NCBI RefSeq assembly: GCF_009914755.1
Contig: NC_060928.1
DNA length: 64,000 bases
Strand: one strand, 5' to 3'
Source: the human T2T-CHM13v2.0 reference genome, Homo sapiens
The notes beneath the pieces were generated by a model, which searched no databases, had not been told where the DNA came from, and saw nothing but the letters and a program-made list of their open reading frames with translations. The stretch's first letter is position 1; each line of letters opens with the position of its first letter. Both the position numbers and the translations under genes were made by a program. Below are positions 44,001-56,710 of this stretch, in pieces.

Positions 44001-46028
44001 CGTGTCTGTTTTGATAAATATAGTAAATTCCTATAAAACTATAGCATCTAAAAATCAACTGTATGAAATATAGTATTATATTTTTACAAGAGAATAAAAA
44101 CCAATATTTTTCATTTAGTCTTTATGCTAGCATAAGTAAACAAAGGCAAAAAAATTCCCATGTAATTGTTTTCTACATGTGGGAAAAAGAACAATTACTG
44201 CAAAAAGCATGCATTTTTACTTCACTGTGATAGTCCCAAGCGATCATCATGTTTTAAACTCTTAGCCTCACCCTATTCTTCATGCAGAAGATAAAATTAT
44301 TTTATCCACTGTCACTTGAGAACAGAGCCACTTGTCAAAAGCATTATGTTTCATTTCATAGAATTTTCCAGGTGTTATGGGGATGGATTATTTCATTGCC
44401 AAATTGCTGTTTGTTGGGTTGTACAACTTTATTCTTCAAGCAGCACTATCTGAGAGTTCATGTTTTCCTAGTTTTGCCAACAGAGTTGCAACTGCACTTT
44501 AACACACTCTTAGTGTTGCACCAAAGAGAAGACTAGAGAATCTTATGAATGTATTTGTACTTAACTTTTAATGTAACAGGTCTTCCTAGACATACACAAT
44601 GATTAGCCCCTCTTTTAGATCACTGTTGGCCTACTTGCAGCTCCCCTCCTTCCCTTTGTAAATCACTACTTGATGAAGTAACTATGGGACTTAAACCTCA
44701 CCAGACAGAGGAATTTCCAGTGAGGAAAGCTTATGTCTCTGCTCCAATGCAGTTAATCTAAAAGTCCCTCAAGTCTTAGGTGTTAGTGATGGCAAAGCCC
44801 CTTATGAGGTCATCCAGACCATCCCTTGGCAAGGTTTGTCTCAGCAGTGTTTGATGTTTGCTTTTCTCTAGTTAGTCCAGTCCTATTCACTGACTTAAAC
44901 ATTTTAAAATTTAAAAAGTTCACTAGGGAATCCCAAAATTTTCTTCTCAAAGCAAATCAGCAGATAATAAAACCTTGAAAAATGTGAGAACCTTATTTTT
45001 CTAAAGCTCAAGAGGCAAAAATGTTCTGCTTTAAGGAAGAAAGAATATTTGTTTATTTTTCTCCTAGAGACTTCAACCTACTATATTTAATTTCTGTATA
45101 TTTTTGGGACTAGTTGAAATATTTGTTACTTGTTGCATGTATTAATTGACATCAGTGTTCTAAGAATTGTCATGCTGAAACACTTATTTGAAATAGCTCT
45201 CTTGATGTTACATGGAGAAAATGATCAACATAATGAGGCATGGGAAAATAAGACCACAGCCATTAAATGCAAGCCACAGGACTACACTGCTCAGAACAGC
45301 CACACACAATAGCAGTAACACTCTCAGAGGTCAGAGACACACCATCAGGTGGATACTGTAAACTAATCACACTTGATAAAGGTTGACTTGGAATTGCTAA
45401 GAAAGCTGAATATTCTGACCACCCCAGTTTCTATTGGTATTGATATTATATAAAAGGCACATGTAAATAAGGGAGGATTTAAGGGGTTCTGTGTTTATAG
45501 ATTTACATCAATAAAAGCCACTTTATTTCTGACTTTAATGATCCCATTTGACAATTTTGGTCTAGATATATTCAATGACATACATAATATCACTTTCTGC
45601 TTCTCGTAATGGCTGAATACTGTGTTGCAAGCTAGTCTCTGCCAACAGTAACTAGGAAAGCTGGAAAATATTTTTGATCTGTTTGCGAGTATTGGAGCAC
45701 TACTTATACAGTTGCTATTTGAAGGGCTATAATTGAACAAAAGAAAAAGCTCAGAGAAGTGTGGCTGACAAGTGGGCTCTTCTAAACAGTTTTTATACAC
45801 TCTTTGGTGAAACTATGTCTACGGTATTTTTTTGGTCTTTTTTTTTCATTTTGGATGATACTGTTGTCCAAAGGAGTTTAATGATTTATATTCCTAGCAA
45901 CAATAGAATTTCTGTTACATCACATCACCTGTACTCAGTGCTATCTATCAGGTATATATTTATTTATTTTTCCTGCTTTGTTGATATACAATTAACAAGA
46001 ATCGTATGTATTTATGGTGTAGAAAGTA

Positions 46029-46752
46029 TGTACTTAAAATAGTGAGATCTATAAGTTTAGAGAAAGAAGAACTTTATTTTTTAAAGGGTTGCAAGCTGTA
46101 TGCTGGGAAGTGTAGCCTCTGGTCAAAACTGAAGACAAGTACTTCAGAGACAAAAGGAAGAGGCTGAGATTTATGCCCAATGACATTAGCTATACATACA
46201 TGTTCAGTAGATTATATGAGAATCTTATGAATATTTATGAGGGAGTCCAAACTTATACATAGTGAATAAACATATACGTTACATATGATCATGTATACTT
46301 TGGGGGGTGAGACTTAACATTAAAATGTATTAAAATTAGGCTCTCTATGTCAAAAAGTGAAACAGATCACAAAGGCACTTTGTACACAATCTCTGCAAAC
46401 TGGATACAACCATTTTGTGGTCAGTGGTCAGTTATCAGGAAGGAATGCTTTATAAAGCTGGTCAGCTGTCATGGTGAACCCACTAAAAGGGATGTGAGTC
46501 TGGCCTCAGTGTCAGGTGGTCTGTTGAAGTCAGTGGAGGGATCTTTCAAGTGTTTGTTTCTCACATGCTGATTTCTGTTTATCTTTTAGAATAGAAAGTC
46601 AGTTAGCCAAAGGGAGGATGGGTACTGAGGTGTGTCTAACCTCCTGTCTCCTGAAATCCAGGAAACTTACTTAAAGTTTTGCTGAAGTATTTGTAGCTAA
46701 GAGGGTTCCATTCTGTCTCTTGGGGGCATCAGGTTTTATTTTTATTCCACCA
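46029..46752 (-). mobile_element. MER4-group ERV1 solo LTR (subfamily not determined)
   Basis: TG..CA ends; minus-strand start 'aataaaaataaaacctgatgccccc...gaatggaaccctc' resembles MER4-group LTR 5' ends; it splits an L1MA 3' end. Confidence 0.7.
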
Positions 46753-47509
46753 AAGCGATGTTTTAATAGATGTATACATTGTGAAATGATCACCACAATC
46801 CAGCTAACTAATATATACACTGCCTCATACAGTTATCTTTTTTGTGTATACTAAGAACATTTAAGGTCTACTCTCTTAATAAATTTCAAATATACACTGC
46901 AGTATCATTAACTATAGTCACCATGCTGTACACTGCATCTCCAGAATTTATTCATCTTGCTTAACTTGATTCATTCATTCATACATTGATGAACATTTAG
47001 GTTGGTTCTATCTTTTGGCTATTGTGAATACTGCTGTAACCATTACTGGGGTGAAGATATCTCTTTGAGATACTGATTTTATTTTCTTTGGATATGTGAT
47101 TTTATCTCTTTGTTCAACCTCTTACTTTGCTCATGTATTGTCTTCCTGATTACATTTAGTCATCTATCTGTGTTCTCTTATAGCTCAATGAGCTTCTTCA
47201 GATAATTAGAGTTATCTTTTGGGCAACTTACAGATTGCCATTTTTTTAGTGTCCATTACTAGTGATTTATTTTTTTTTCCTTTGGTGGTGTTTTTCCAAT
47301 TATTTTTAATTCTTGTGGACTTGCTTCATTGTGCATTTAAAGAACTAAGATCTTCAATTCTATAAAAACTGGCTTCGGTAAGGAAAGCTCTTCATCCAAC
47401 TGTCCATCCAGAATTCTGAGTGGGCTAGGTGTCAGGGTCTGTGAGCAGGTTTGCTGCTGGAGTGTTTGGGTGGGCTGGCCTGGTTCCTGGGTCAGCAGAT
47501 GTGTAGACT

Positions 47510-48060
47510 TGAAGCCTGGGTCCACAGGGATGGGCTTAATTCTGCAACCTTAGGGGCCAGCCTGACTCCTGGGTCCACTGGGGTGGGCCTGGAGCCTATA
47601 GTCCTTGAGTCTAAGTCAGCAGGAGGCAACCCAGTTCGAGGTTCTACTGGGGTAGGCCTGACCCTGGGTTTTCTGGCACGGCCCTGGATCCTGGGTTCAC
47701 TGGAGCCTGTGGCAATGAGCATCAGCCTGGAGCCTGGGACTGTTGACCTTGGCCCAGCACCAGGCTCTACTGGGATAAACTTGTACCCTGGATCTTCTGG
47801 AACAGGCCTGGACCCTATGGCTTCTGGAACCTGTGGCCACAGGGACTGGACTGGAGCCTGGGGCTGCAGTGGGTGTCCTGGCACTGGGGTAGACCTGGAG
47901 CATGAGTCTGTGGAAACCAGTCTGGAGCCTGGGACAGAGTGGCTAGACTCATGCTGTGGTGGTTCTGAAGGCCCTGTCTATAGGTGCTGACCTACAGCCT
48001 CAGGCCCTGAGAGCTGACCTGATGACAGGGCCTGTGATGGACCTGGTGCTGGGGTCCATG
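47510..48060. repeat. Degenerate ~27-bp tandem array in L1M 5'UTR
   Basis: Recurring 'ggcctggagcctgggtccactggggt'-like units. Confidence 0.7.
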
Positions 48061-48754
48061 GTGAAGTCAAGTGTTCAGTGCACTCTCCTTCTGTCATGCA
48101 GATGCTGTCGGGGCATGAGAAAGGAGTAACATGGGTAATGTGACGCTATTCTTCCTGCCCTCTTCAGTGTGTCTTACTTATTTCTGCTATGCAATTGCTG
48201 ATCTGGATTTCTTAATTATTATAAAGATATTTTGTGTATGGATAGTTGTTCTACTTGATGTTTTTGTGAGGAGGCGAGCACTGGAAGGTCCTATTCTGCC
48301 GTCTTTCTGACATCACTCTGGTGTTTATACTTTGTATGCATTCCTGTTTAGTTTATACCTAGAATAAAAATGATGCATCACAGAGCATTTACATCTTCAT
48401 TTTGGAAAATACTGCCAAAGTTTTCAAAAAATTATTGAATATATTTACACTCCCCTCAGCAATGCAAGATTATGTTTGTTATATTCTAAGCTATATTACT
48501 GAATAAATGTTAAGCATTGAAATAATATTCTTGAGTTATTCCTCTAATACCATTATGTAGGATAATGTCCTTCTTCTTAGGACATGCAAGTTGAATTATT
48601 TCAGGGAGAAATGTTATGATGTCTCAAACTTAATTTCAAATAGTTCAACAAGAAGAACAAAAAGGATGGATGGATAGAGGTATGTGTAGATAAGTAGAGA
48701 CAGCAAACAGGGCAAATGTTAAAAATAGGTCAACCTAGACAACATATATATTTC

Positions 48755-49245
48755 AAGCCATGTAAAGACAAGGAGGGAATTGAATGTTTATTACTAAGTG
48801 AAAGGAGACAATCTGAAAAAGCTATGAACTATATGATTCCAACTACATGACATTCAGGAAAAGTCAAAATACAAAAAAATTCAGTTGTTTCCCAGGGGTT
48901 ACGGTAGAGGGAGGGATAAATAGGTGGAGGACTGGGGGCTTTTAGGACAGTTAAACTATTTGTGTGATACTATGATGATGTTTACAAGTCACTAAATTAT
49001 CCAAGCCCATAGAAAATACAGCAATAAGAATGAACCTTAATATGGACCTTGAGTGATTATGATGTGTCAATACAGATTCATCAAATGTGATAAATATACC
49101 TCTCTGGCAGGGGAAGTTGATTATGGCAGAAGCTATGCATGTGTGATGTATGGGGGCGGTGAGTATGCAGGAACTCTCTGTACCTTCCACTCAATTTTAC
49201 TGTGAACCTAAAACTGATTTAAAAGTTAGAGTCTATTTTTTTAAA
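48755..49245 (+). mobile_element. L1MC1/2-like 3' end
   Basis: 'ttactaagtgaaaggagacaatctgaaaaagcta...tctctgtaccttccactcaattttactgtgaacctaaaactg'. Confidence 0.85.
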
Positions 49246-51761
49246 AAGGAGAAAAAAATTGTATAGACCAGACAGGACAAATAAAAAACAAATAATTATA
49301 GTTAAAACCTAAACATTTTTAATGTAAGCAAAGTAAATACTGCATATAAAAGGCAAAGATTGTCAGACTGGGGGATAACATCAGTTTCAGGAAGTCTTAT
49401 GTAGAAAACCAAAGCCTAATTTACAGACTTGTACTATAATATTCAGAATACCAGTAAGAGAAGGGAGATGAGATGGGCAGAAGAGACAGAAATCATATGG
49501 TATTTAATATGTCTTATAATAGATTTTGCAATGACAATTGTACAATTTTATAACTTTTTGAAATAATGAATATGTTTACTTACGTACCATAAGTTATAAT
49601 AAACAACAGAAGGGCAATTTATTTTAATCCCCTTGTTGTATATTTGGAAATGTCACACATTCCTTTTTAGAAGTCTGAGGACTTCAGATAGGAATGTAGG
49701 CAGGATTTTTAAAGTATAAAATAAGCAACAGGTTTCATTTGAAATGCTCAATACTTTTCATAGCTTTATACTGATAACATTCTAGTTCTATGAAAATAGT
49801 ACAAAAATGGTGAGGTTGAATAGAATATCCCTAAAATTACACTCTCTACCAATTATACCAAGGAAAATTAGATACATATAACATTTTTGGAATAGGGGTT
49901 TTATGACTATTATTAAGTCACAGCCAAAAATTCATACTTTTCTTTATATTTGTCAATAGAAAAAATCAAATATTCTCATTAATAACCATCTTTCTTCCAT
50001 TAAAAATATAATAATACTCAGATAGACTTTTAAATTACAATTATACCATGTAGAGAAAATATTAGTATTTTTAAGTTTAATTTACAGTCACAGAAAATGC
50101 TACCTCATTAATCCAAGAAGACCAAGAGTCCAAAGAAAACTTAAATTAGTAAGTCTTTTTCTTAGTCAACAGTGTCTTTAACCAAATTTTACATTTTGTT
50201 CCAATTTTCTTTGTCTCCTTTGTTGCAATTTAATATGTTTTATGAGCATCATTCATCTAGAAAATTGCTGTTAGAGTAGAAAATAATATAACCTGGAGTA
50301 ACATTGCTGTTTACCACAATTATATAAAAAATAAAGTTTTTAAACAATTTTTGATACTGTGATCATCTGGCCTAGAAAATGAAAAGTTATTTTGCTTTTC
50401 TCAAAACTTACAGAATTACTCTAATGTTATAAACAGTTTCAAATGTTGAAATAGTTTTATTCAAACTATTTTTATTATACATTTTTGAACTTTAGATTTA
50501 AATTACTACAGATTAGAAAGCATCAAGAATTAAAATACATTCTTTTGTCTTGTTTTCAAATTAGGCAAAGTATTACCTACTCAGGCACTTGTGGGCCTAC
50601 AGTGAATAGATACAAATTTTTCTTAGCTTTATGTAACACAGGGCAATTTTCAAAATGTTTCTCACTATTTTATTTGGTGCTCACAACAACTTTGTAATTA
50701 AGAAACAAAAAAGGACAATTCTCCCAATTTTAGAGTTAAGGAAATAAAGCTCCACAAAGTTTAAGTTAACCCACATTGGATGACAAGTGATGGATTAAAT
50801 AGATCTTTGAGAAATTACTTATTATCCAACATTTATTAAGTAACTCCAAATTTCCGAGCTCCTTCTATACCTTGTTCAGAAACACTTCCTATAGGCCTTG
50901 TGTCTCATTGTTGCAATGGTTGATAGTGATAGTGATGGTAAGGATGAAGTGAGTGTATGCACACACAGAAGTAGGAAGGGAAAGGAGGACAACAGAAATT
51001 AGAGAGGAATGATAAAATTAAAGATTAGTTAAGAAAAGATTTCCAAAGAGTAGAAATACAATTATCACAGCCAAGAATAGCTAGTTCTGTTAAAAGAAAT
51101 AAAAGGAGAAAATAGAAATCAAATAAAATTAGAATGAAGTTAATTTACATTTTTGCTAACAAGGTACATATAATGAATAAATGCTTTGCTGAATCATGAA
51201 AAAATAATATTTGACTAAATGAGAATTTTACTACCAATAAACATATTTTTCTAGGTAATCAATTACTATTAACAGGGAACACATAACTGAGAAGTTTAAC
51301 ATTTTAAGTGGAATGTGCCCAGGACATTATGGTTTTAATTTCCTCTTACTTTCCATTGCTCTTACAAAATTTTCTGTATCTCCTTCTTGGAAGTTTTAAG
51401 GTAATATTCAAATTCACTTTGCTCTGTTGCAGATAATACATACACTAAGGCTATTTTTTTGCACATGTATGGACTTGTATCTAAATATTCAACATTTTTA
51501 TTACTTTTTGACTCAGAAGCTGCTGATTCTAACCGCCCACATCACAAGTTCTTAATTCCTAGCATCTTCCTCACAATTCCTTAGGCTCTGCCTCCATACA
51601 TCCCATATAATACATCTCAGTTTTTTCCTATTTCACAAACTGGGGTTAACATTTCCTAATTGTTCATATTTCATAAGGCCTGATTCCAAACAACCCTCTA
51701 CTTCTGTCATTTTCTTATGTACTTTTTTACCTCCATTTCCTCTCTTGCTAATTATTTCCAA

Positions 51762-52527
51762 TGTATTAGCCTGTTTTCATATTGCTGTAAGAACTGCCTA
51801 AGACTGAGTCATTTAAAAAGGAAAGAGGTTTAATTGACTCACAGTTTAGCATGGCTAGGGATGCCTCAGGAAACTTACAATCATGTGGAAGGCAAAGGGG
51901 AATGATATGGTTTGGCTGTGTCTCCACCCAAATCTCATCTTGAATTGTAACTCCCACAACTGCCACGTGCTGCGGGAGGAACCCAGTGGGAGGTAATTGA
52001 ATCTTGGGGGCAGGTCTTTCCCTCGCTGTTCTTGTGATAGTGAATACACCTCATGAGAGCTGATGGTTTTAAAAAATAGGAGTTTCCCTGCACAAGCTCT
52101 CTCTCTTTGCCTGCTGTCATCCATGTACGATGTCACTTGCCCCTTTTTGCCTTCTGTCATGATTGTGAGGCCTCACCAGCCATGTGGAATCATAAGTCCA
52201 TTAAACCTTTTTTTTCTTTTTTTTGTAAATTTCCCAGTCTCGGGTATGTATTTATCAGCAGTGTGAAAATGGACTAATGCAGGGAAGCAAGGCACCTTCT
52301 TCACAAGGTGGCAGGAAGAAGAAGTGCTAAGTGAAGAGGAAAGAGCCTCTTATAAAACCATTAGATCTCATGAGAACTCACTATCAGGAGAACAGCCTGG
52401 GGGAAACCATCCCCATGATTCAATTACCTCTACCTGGTCTCTCCCTTGACATGTGGGGATTATGGAGATTGCAGGGATTACAATTCAAGATGAGATTTGG
52501 GTGGGGACACAAAACCTTACCATATCA
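51762..52527 (-). mobile_element. THE1D-like MaLR solo LTR (outer, split)
   Basis: 51762-51902 plus 52287-52527 form one antisense THE1: 'tgtattagcc...ggaaggcaaagggga|agcaaggcaccttcttcacaagg...accatatca'. Confidence 0.9.
51903..52281 (+). mobile_element. THE1B-like MaLR solo LTR (inner)
   Basis: 'tgatatggtttggctgtgtc...cagcagtgtgaaaatggactaatgca'; 5-bp TSD 'gggaa' at 51898-51902 and 52282-52286. Confidence 0.92.
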
Positions 52528-52906
52528 ACTCCTATAATGTGATTATAATACAGCAATGGAATATGGAACGAAGAGTGAGGAGCTGTTGCAAAGCTTCGCA
52601 GGAAGAAATAATTATTCTTTGGCTTAGAAAAGCAAAGATGAAGCAGTGTAAGAAAACAAAAACAGAATGATATAGTAACCATCAGCAAAATGTAGCTTCC
52701 TTCTTTTAGTGGTATCACAAATTGATTTGGCAATGAGTCCAACTCAGAGACTAGGCTGGAGAGAAAAGACTACTGTGTACTTAATTTCTGTGAAGAAAGA
52801 AGGTAGTAAAGAGGTGAGGAAACTACAGAGAATGTGAACCATCTGAGCTAGTTCTAGGCTAAAAGAAAAGGTGATAGATTGACAGAGGACTTTAAAACTC
52901 CAGCCA

Positions 52907-53217
52907 GGCCAGGTGCAGTGGCTCATGTTTGTAATATCAGCATTTGGGAGGACAAGCTGGGAGGACCACTTGAGCCCAGGAGTTCAAGACCAGCTGTGCA
53001 ACATAATGAGACTTTGTCTCTACAAAAAATTTTAAAAATTAGCCAGGCATAGTGACATGAACCTGTAGTCCCAGCTATTCAGTGGGCTGAAGCAGGAGGA
53101 TCACTTGGGATTGAGAGTTCAAGGCTGCAGTGAGCCATTATGGTGCAACTACACTCCATCCTGGGCAACACTGTGAAAACCTGTCTCAAAACAAAAACAA
53201 AAACAAAAACAAAAAAA
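52907..53217 (+). mobile_element. AluJ
   Basis: AluJ diagnostics 'ttgagcccaggagttcaagacc' and 'gttcaaggctgcagtgagcc'; (CAAAAA)n tail. Confidence 0.93.
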
Positions 53218-54037
53218 GCCGCATAGTCAAGGTGTGGCAGAGAAGCTCACCACAAAAGTAAATATTCTATATAAAAGCTTCTTACACCAAAACCTGGTTT
53301 TAGTAATTATAAACGAAACTAATGGGTTGTAGGCACTGAAACTATATAATGTTATATCTTTATACAACCTATTGATTATACAGCATATTGGTTTGATTGT
53401 TCATATATAAACTATTTAATATTTTATGCTACATAAAATGTTATCACAAGTCTATGACAAGAATGCATTTGCCATGTTCTATTTCCAGAAGTACCAAAAA
53501 TGGGTGACCTGTAGGAAAAATTCAATGAAAAATTCCAATGAAGAAGTTACATTATAATTATATTTAGAATTCATATTATTTACTTATGGTAGAATAAAAA
53601 TTCACATATAAAAATACAAACAGAAAAATATACATAATGTGAAATTTTTATAACAGTACAGAAACAATGCTATTGTCCTGATAAAGAGCAAAGAAAATAC
53701 ACTAAGTCGAAAATTTAACTACTTTCTCAGGTGATTTGGTTTTACCTTTTGCTCTACTGTATATGTGCTTGTGTCTCTCAAATCCTGTAGTAGTGTGTTT
53801 TAAAGAAGGATATTGTCACTAAATGTTTTATCTTGAATAAGAGAAAAAACTTGAGGTCTCCCAAGTCCAAAAATAAAATTCTAGTTTGAGAAAAATCTAC
53901 AGATAAATATTTTTAAAGAAGTTTTTCAATTTTCTCTCTTTTCAAACTGGATCATTTTTGTTGCTCAATCTTCTATCTTCAAGTTTGCTTTTCTCTTCTC
54001 AACCAATCTCTATTCCACCTTTAAGCCCATACAGTAA

Positions 54038-54424
<387 letters not shown>

Positions 54425-54539
54425 TAGTTCTCTACTGAGATTTTCTATCATTTCAGTTATTATGAATGTACTTTTCCTTGCCATATTAAGTATAGTTATA
54501 ATAGCAGCTTTAAGTTCTTCATCTGACAATTCCAACTCT

Positions 54540-55045
54540 GTAGGACACACTGAGAAGAGCCCTGCACATCATTTCTGTGATATTCTTTCCAAGAATGGAA
54601 AGCCTGGGTGTGGACATGAGAAAACAGACAGACCCAGGTTGGGGGCATTGATACAATGAAATGGCTGCATTCTCAAGACTCTTCAGAACATGAGAGACAG
54701 GGAAAGAATGAAGAACAATTCAAAGATGAGGAGACCTGACAGCTAAGTGCAGCATGTGTTTCTGAACAGGATCCCAGTCAAGAAAGAAAAAAGATGTTGT
54801 TATGATAATTGATGAAATTTAAATGATATCTGTGGTGTGAATGATAATGTTATATCAATATTAATTTCTTGATTGGGAGAAATGTATAACACCATGAAGG
54901 ACAATTTTGTTTTGGGGAAGAAAAAGAGAGATAGAACAAGTGCAATGAAGTGTTAACAGAGACTCCGGAATCTGGGATTACTTTGGAAGAGGAACCTGGG
55001 AGTCCTTTGGCAAACTGTATGTACATTTGAAGCTATTTCATAATA
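54540..55045 (+). mobile_element. L1MC3/4-like 3'UTR fragment
   Basis: 'cacatcatttctgtgatattc...acagacagaccca...gacagctaagtgcagcatgtg...tatcaatattaatttcttgatt'. Confidence 0.65.
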
Positions 55046-55131
55046 CAGACAAATAAAAATAATGATGCAAATTGAAAATAATAAATGAAAATAAAGAAAA
55101 ATTCAGCTACATGTTCTGTGAGATTTAGAAT

Positions 55132-55223
55132 ATGGTAACACTATTGTTGATCTGGATATTTAAGCAAATATGATAAAATGGTAACACTATTATTGATCTG
55201 GATATTCGGCAAATATTAAAATG
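55132..55223. repeat. 46-bp x2 tandem duplication
   Basis: 'atggtaacactattRttgatctggatatt..gcaaatat' at 55132 and 55178. Confidence 0.9.
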
Positions 55224-56395
55224 TCTTTGAACTTTGTTTCATATTTTTATCTTCCCCATGCAGGTGAAAACAACATAATTTTTTGCCACATATGTAATGC
55301 TCTTCAGAATCTGGCTCCAGAACACAGTGATTAGTTGGAAGGCCCTCTGGAATTTAGGGAAGAGTCAGATCATCCCTTTCCCAAGATGGGACTCAGAAGA
55401 AGGAAGCTGACTGAAGCTCAGTAGCTGCGTTCATTTGTTTATCAAATATTGGCTGACTGATGCCTGACCTCTTGGAACTAGCTGAGTTCCCCTGGCTGGC
55501 TGGTTGGCTGAACTTCTGATCTTTCCTTCCTGAACCTTCCCCATCAACTCCTGTTTCTGCCTTTGCTCTTTTTGCTGGTTGGCTGCCCTCCCTGAGACTA
55601 CCAAAATGTTGCCAAAAGATTGAGTGTACCCGTAATGATAATAAAATTGACTCAATACAGGCAGAGACTTCAGATAAAAACAACAGGAAAACCCACAGTA
55701 AAAAATCATTCTGTACATTGAAATGTGTAGCAGTAAATTTTTTGAGTATTTGAACTAGTTGACCATGTTCCACTTACATGAAGTAGGAAAGCAGTAGCAT
55801 AATGTCATGCATAAATCTTTTTAGACAATGACATTATTACTTTCAACTAGTAGTAAATTAACAAAATATAGTGAGAGTAGAATAGAGATCAGAAAAAATC
55901 TAAGATATAGTAAATGGTTTCTAGATCTAGGCACTACGCTAAGCTTTTAAAATAATCTTAGCCTTAAATCTTCTTGATATAGTGAGAAAACTAAAAACAA
56001 TGGGAGTAGAGCTTAAATTGTGCCTAGGCTGTGTCAGACTGCAAAAGCCTATACCCAGCTACACAGCTTCACAAACTGAACTCTGGTGAATGAATCAACT
56101 GTGGTTCATTTCATAATGGACCAAATTGTTGCTACCAATCAGTCAATCCTAGGCACATTTACCTTCCCAGTTGAACAATCAATTATTTACACTTCCTACT
56201 TCACTGTATCTTTAGATTATCAATATTTTCTTCAATCTTTTAGTTATTTAATGTCATATGACTACCCTCAATAATAGTATATATGAATGTTTGTTTTGGT
56301 GATGGGAGGTCAATCAGATTGTTCCAGATAACCACTGCCTTCCTACCTTGCCTAAATAGGTATTTCACATATTCTTTCCCTTAAAAACTGACATA

Positions 56396-56710
<315 letters not shown>

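Larger units (their letters stand above)
45960..48319 (-). mobile_element. L1MA-like element with large internal deletion, interrupted by an LTR
   Basis: Antisense 3' end (45960-46028, resuming 46753-~47095) joined directly to antisense ORF1 start/5'UTR (~47097-48319); 5' terminus reads 'agagtgatgtcagaaagacggcagaatagg' on the minus strand. Confidence 0.75.
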
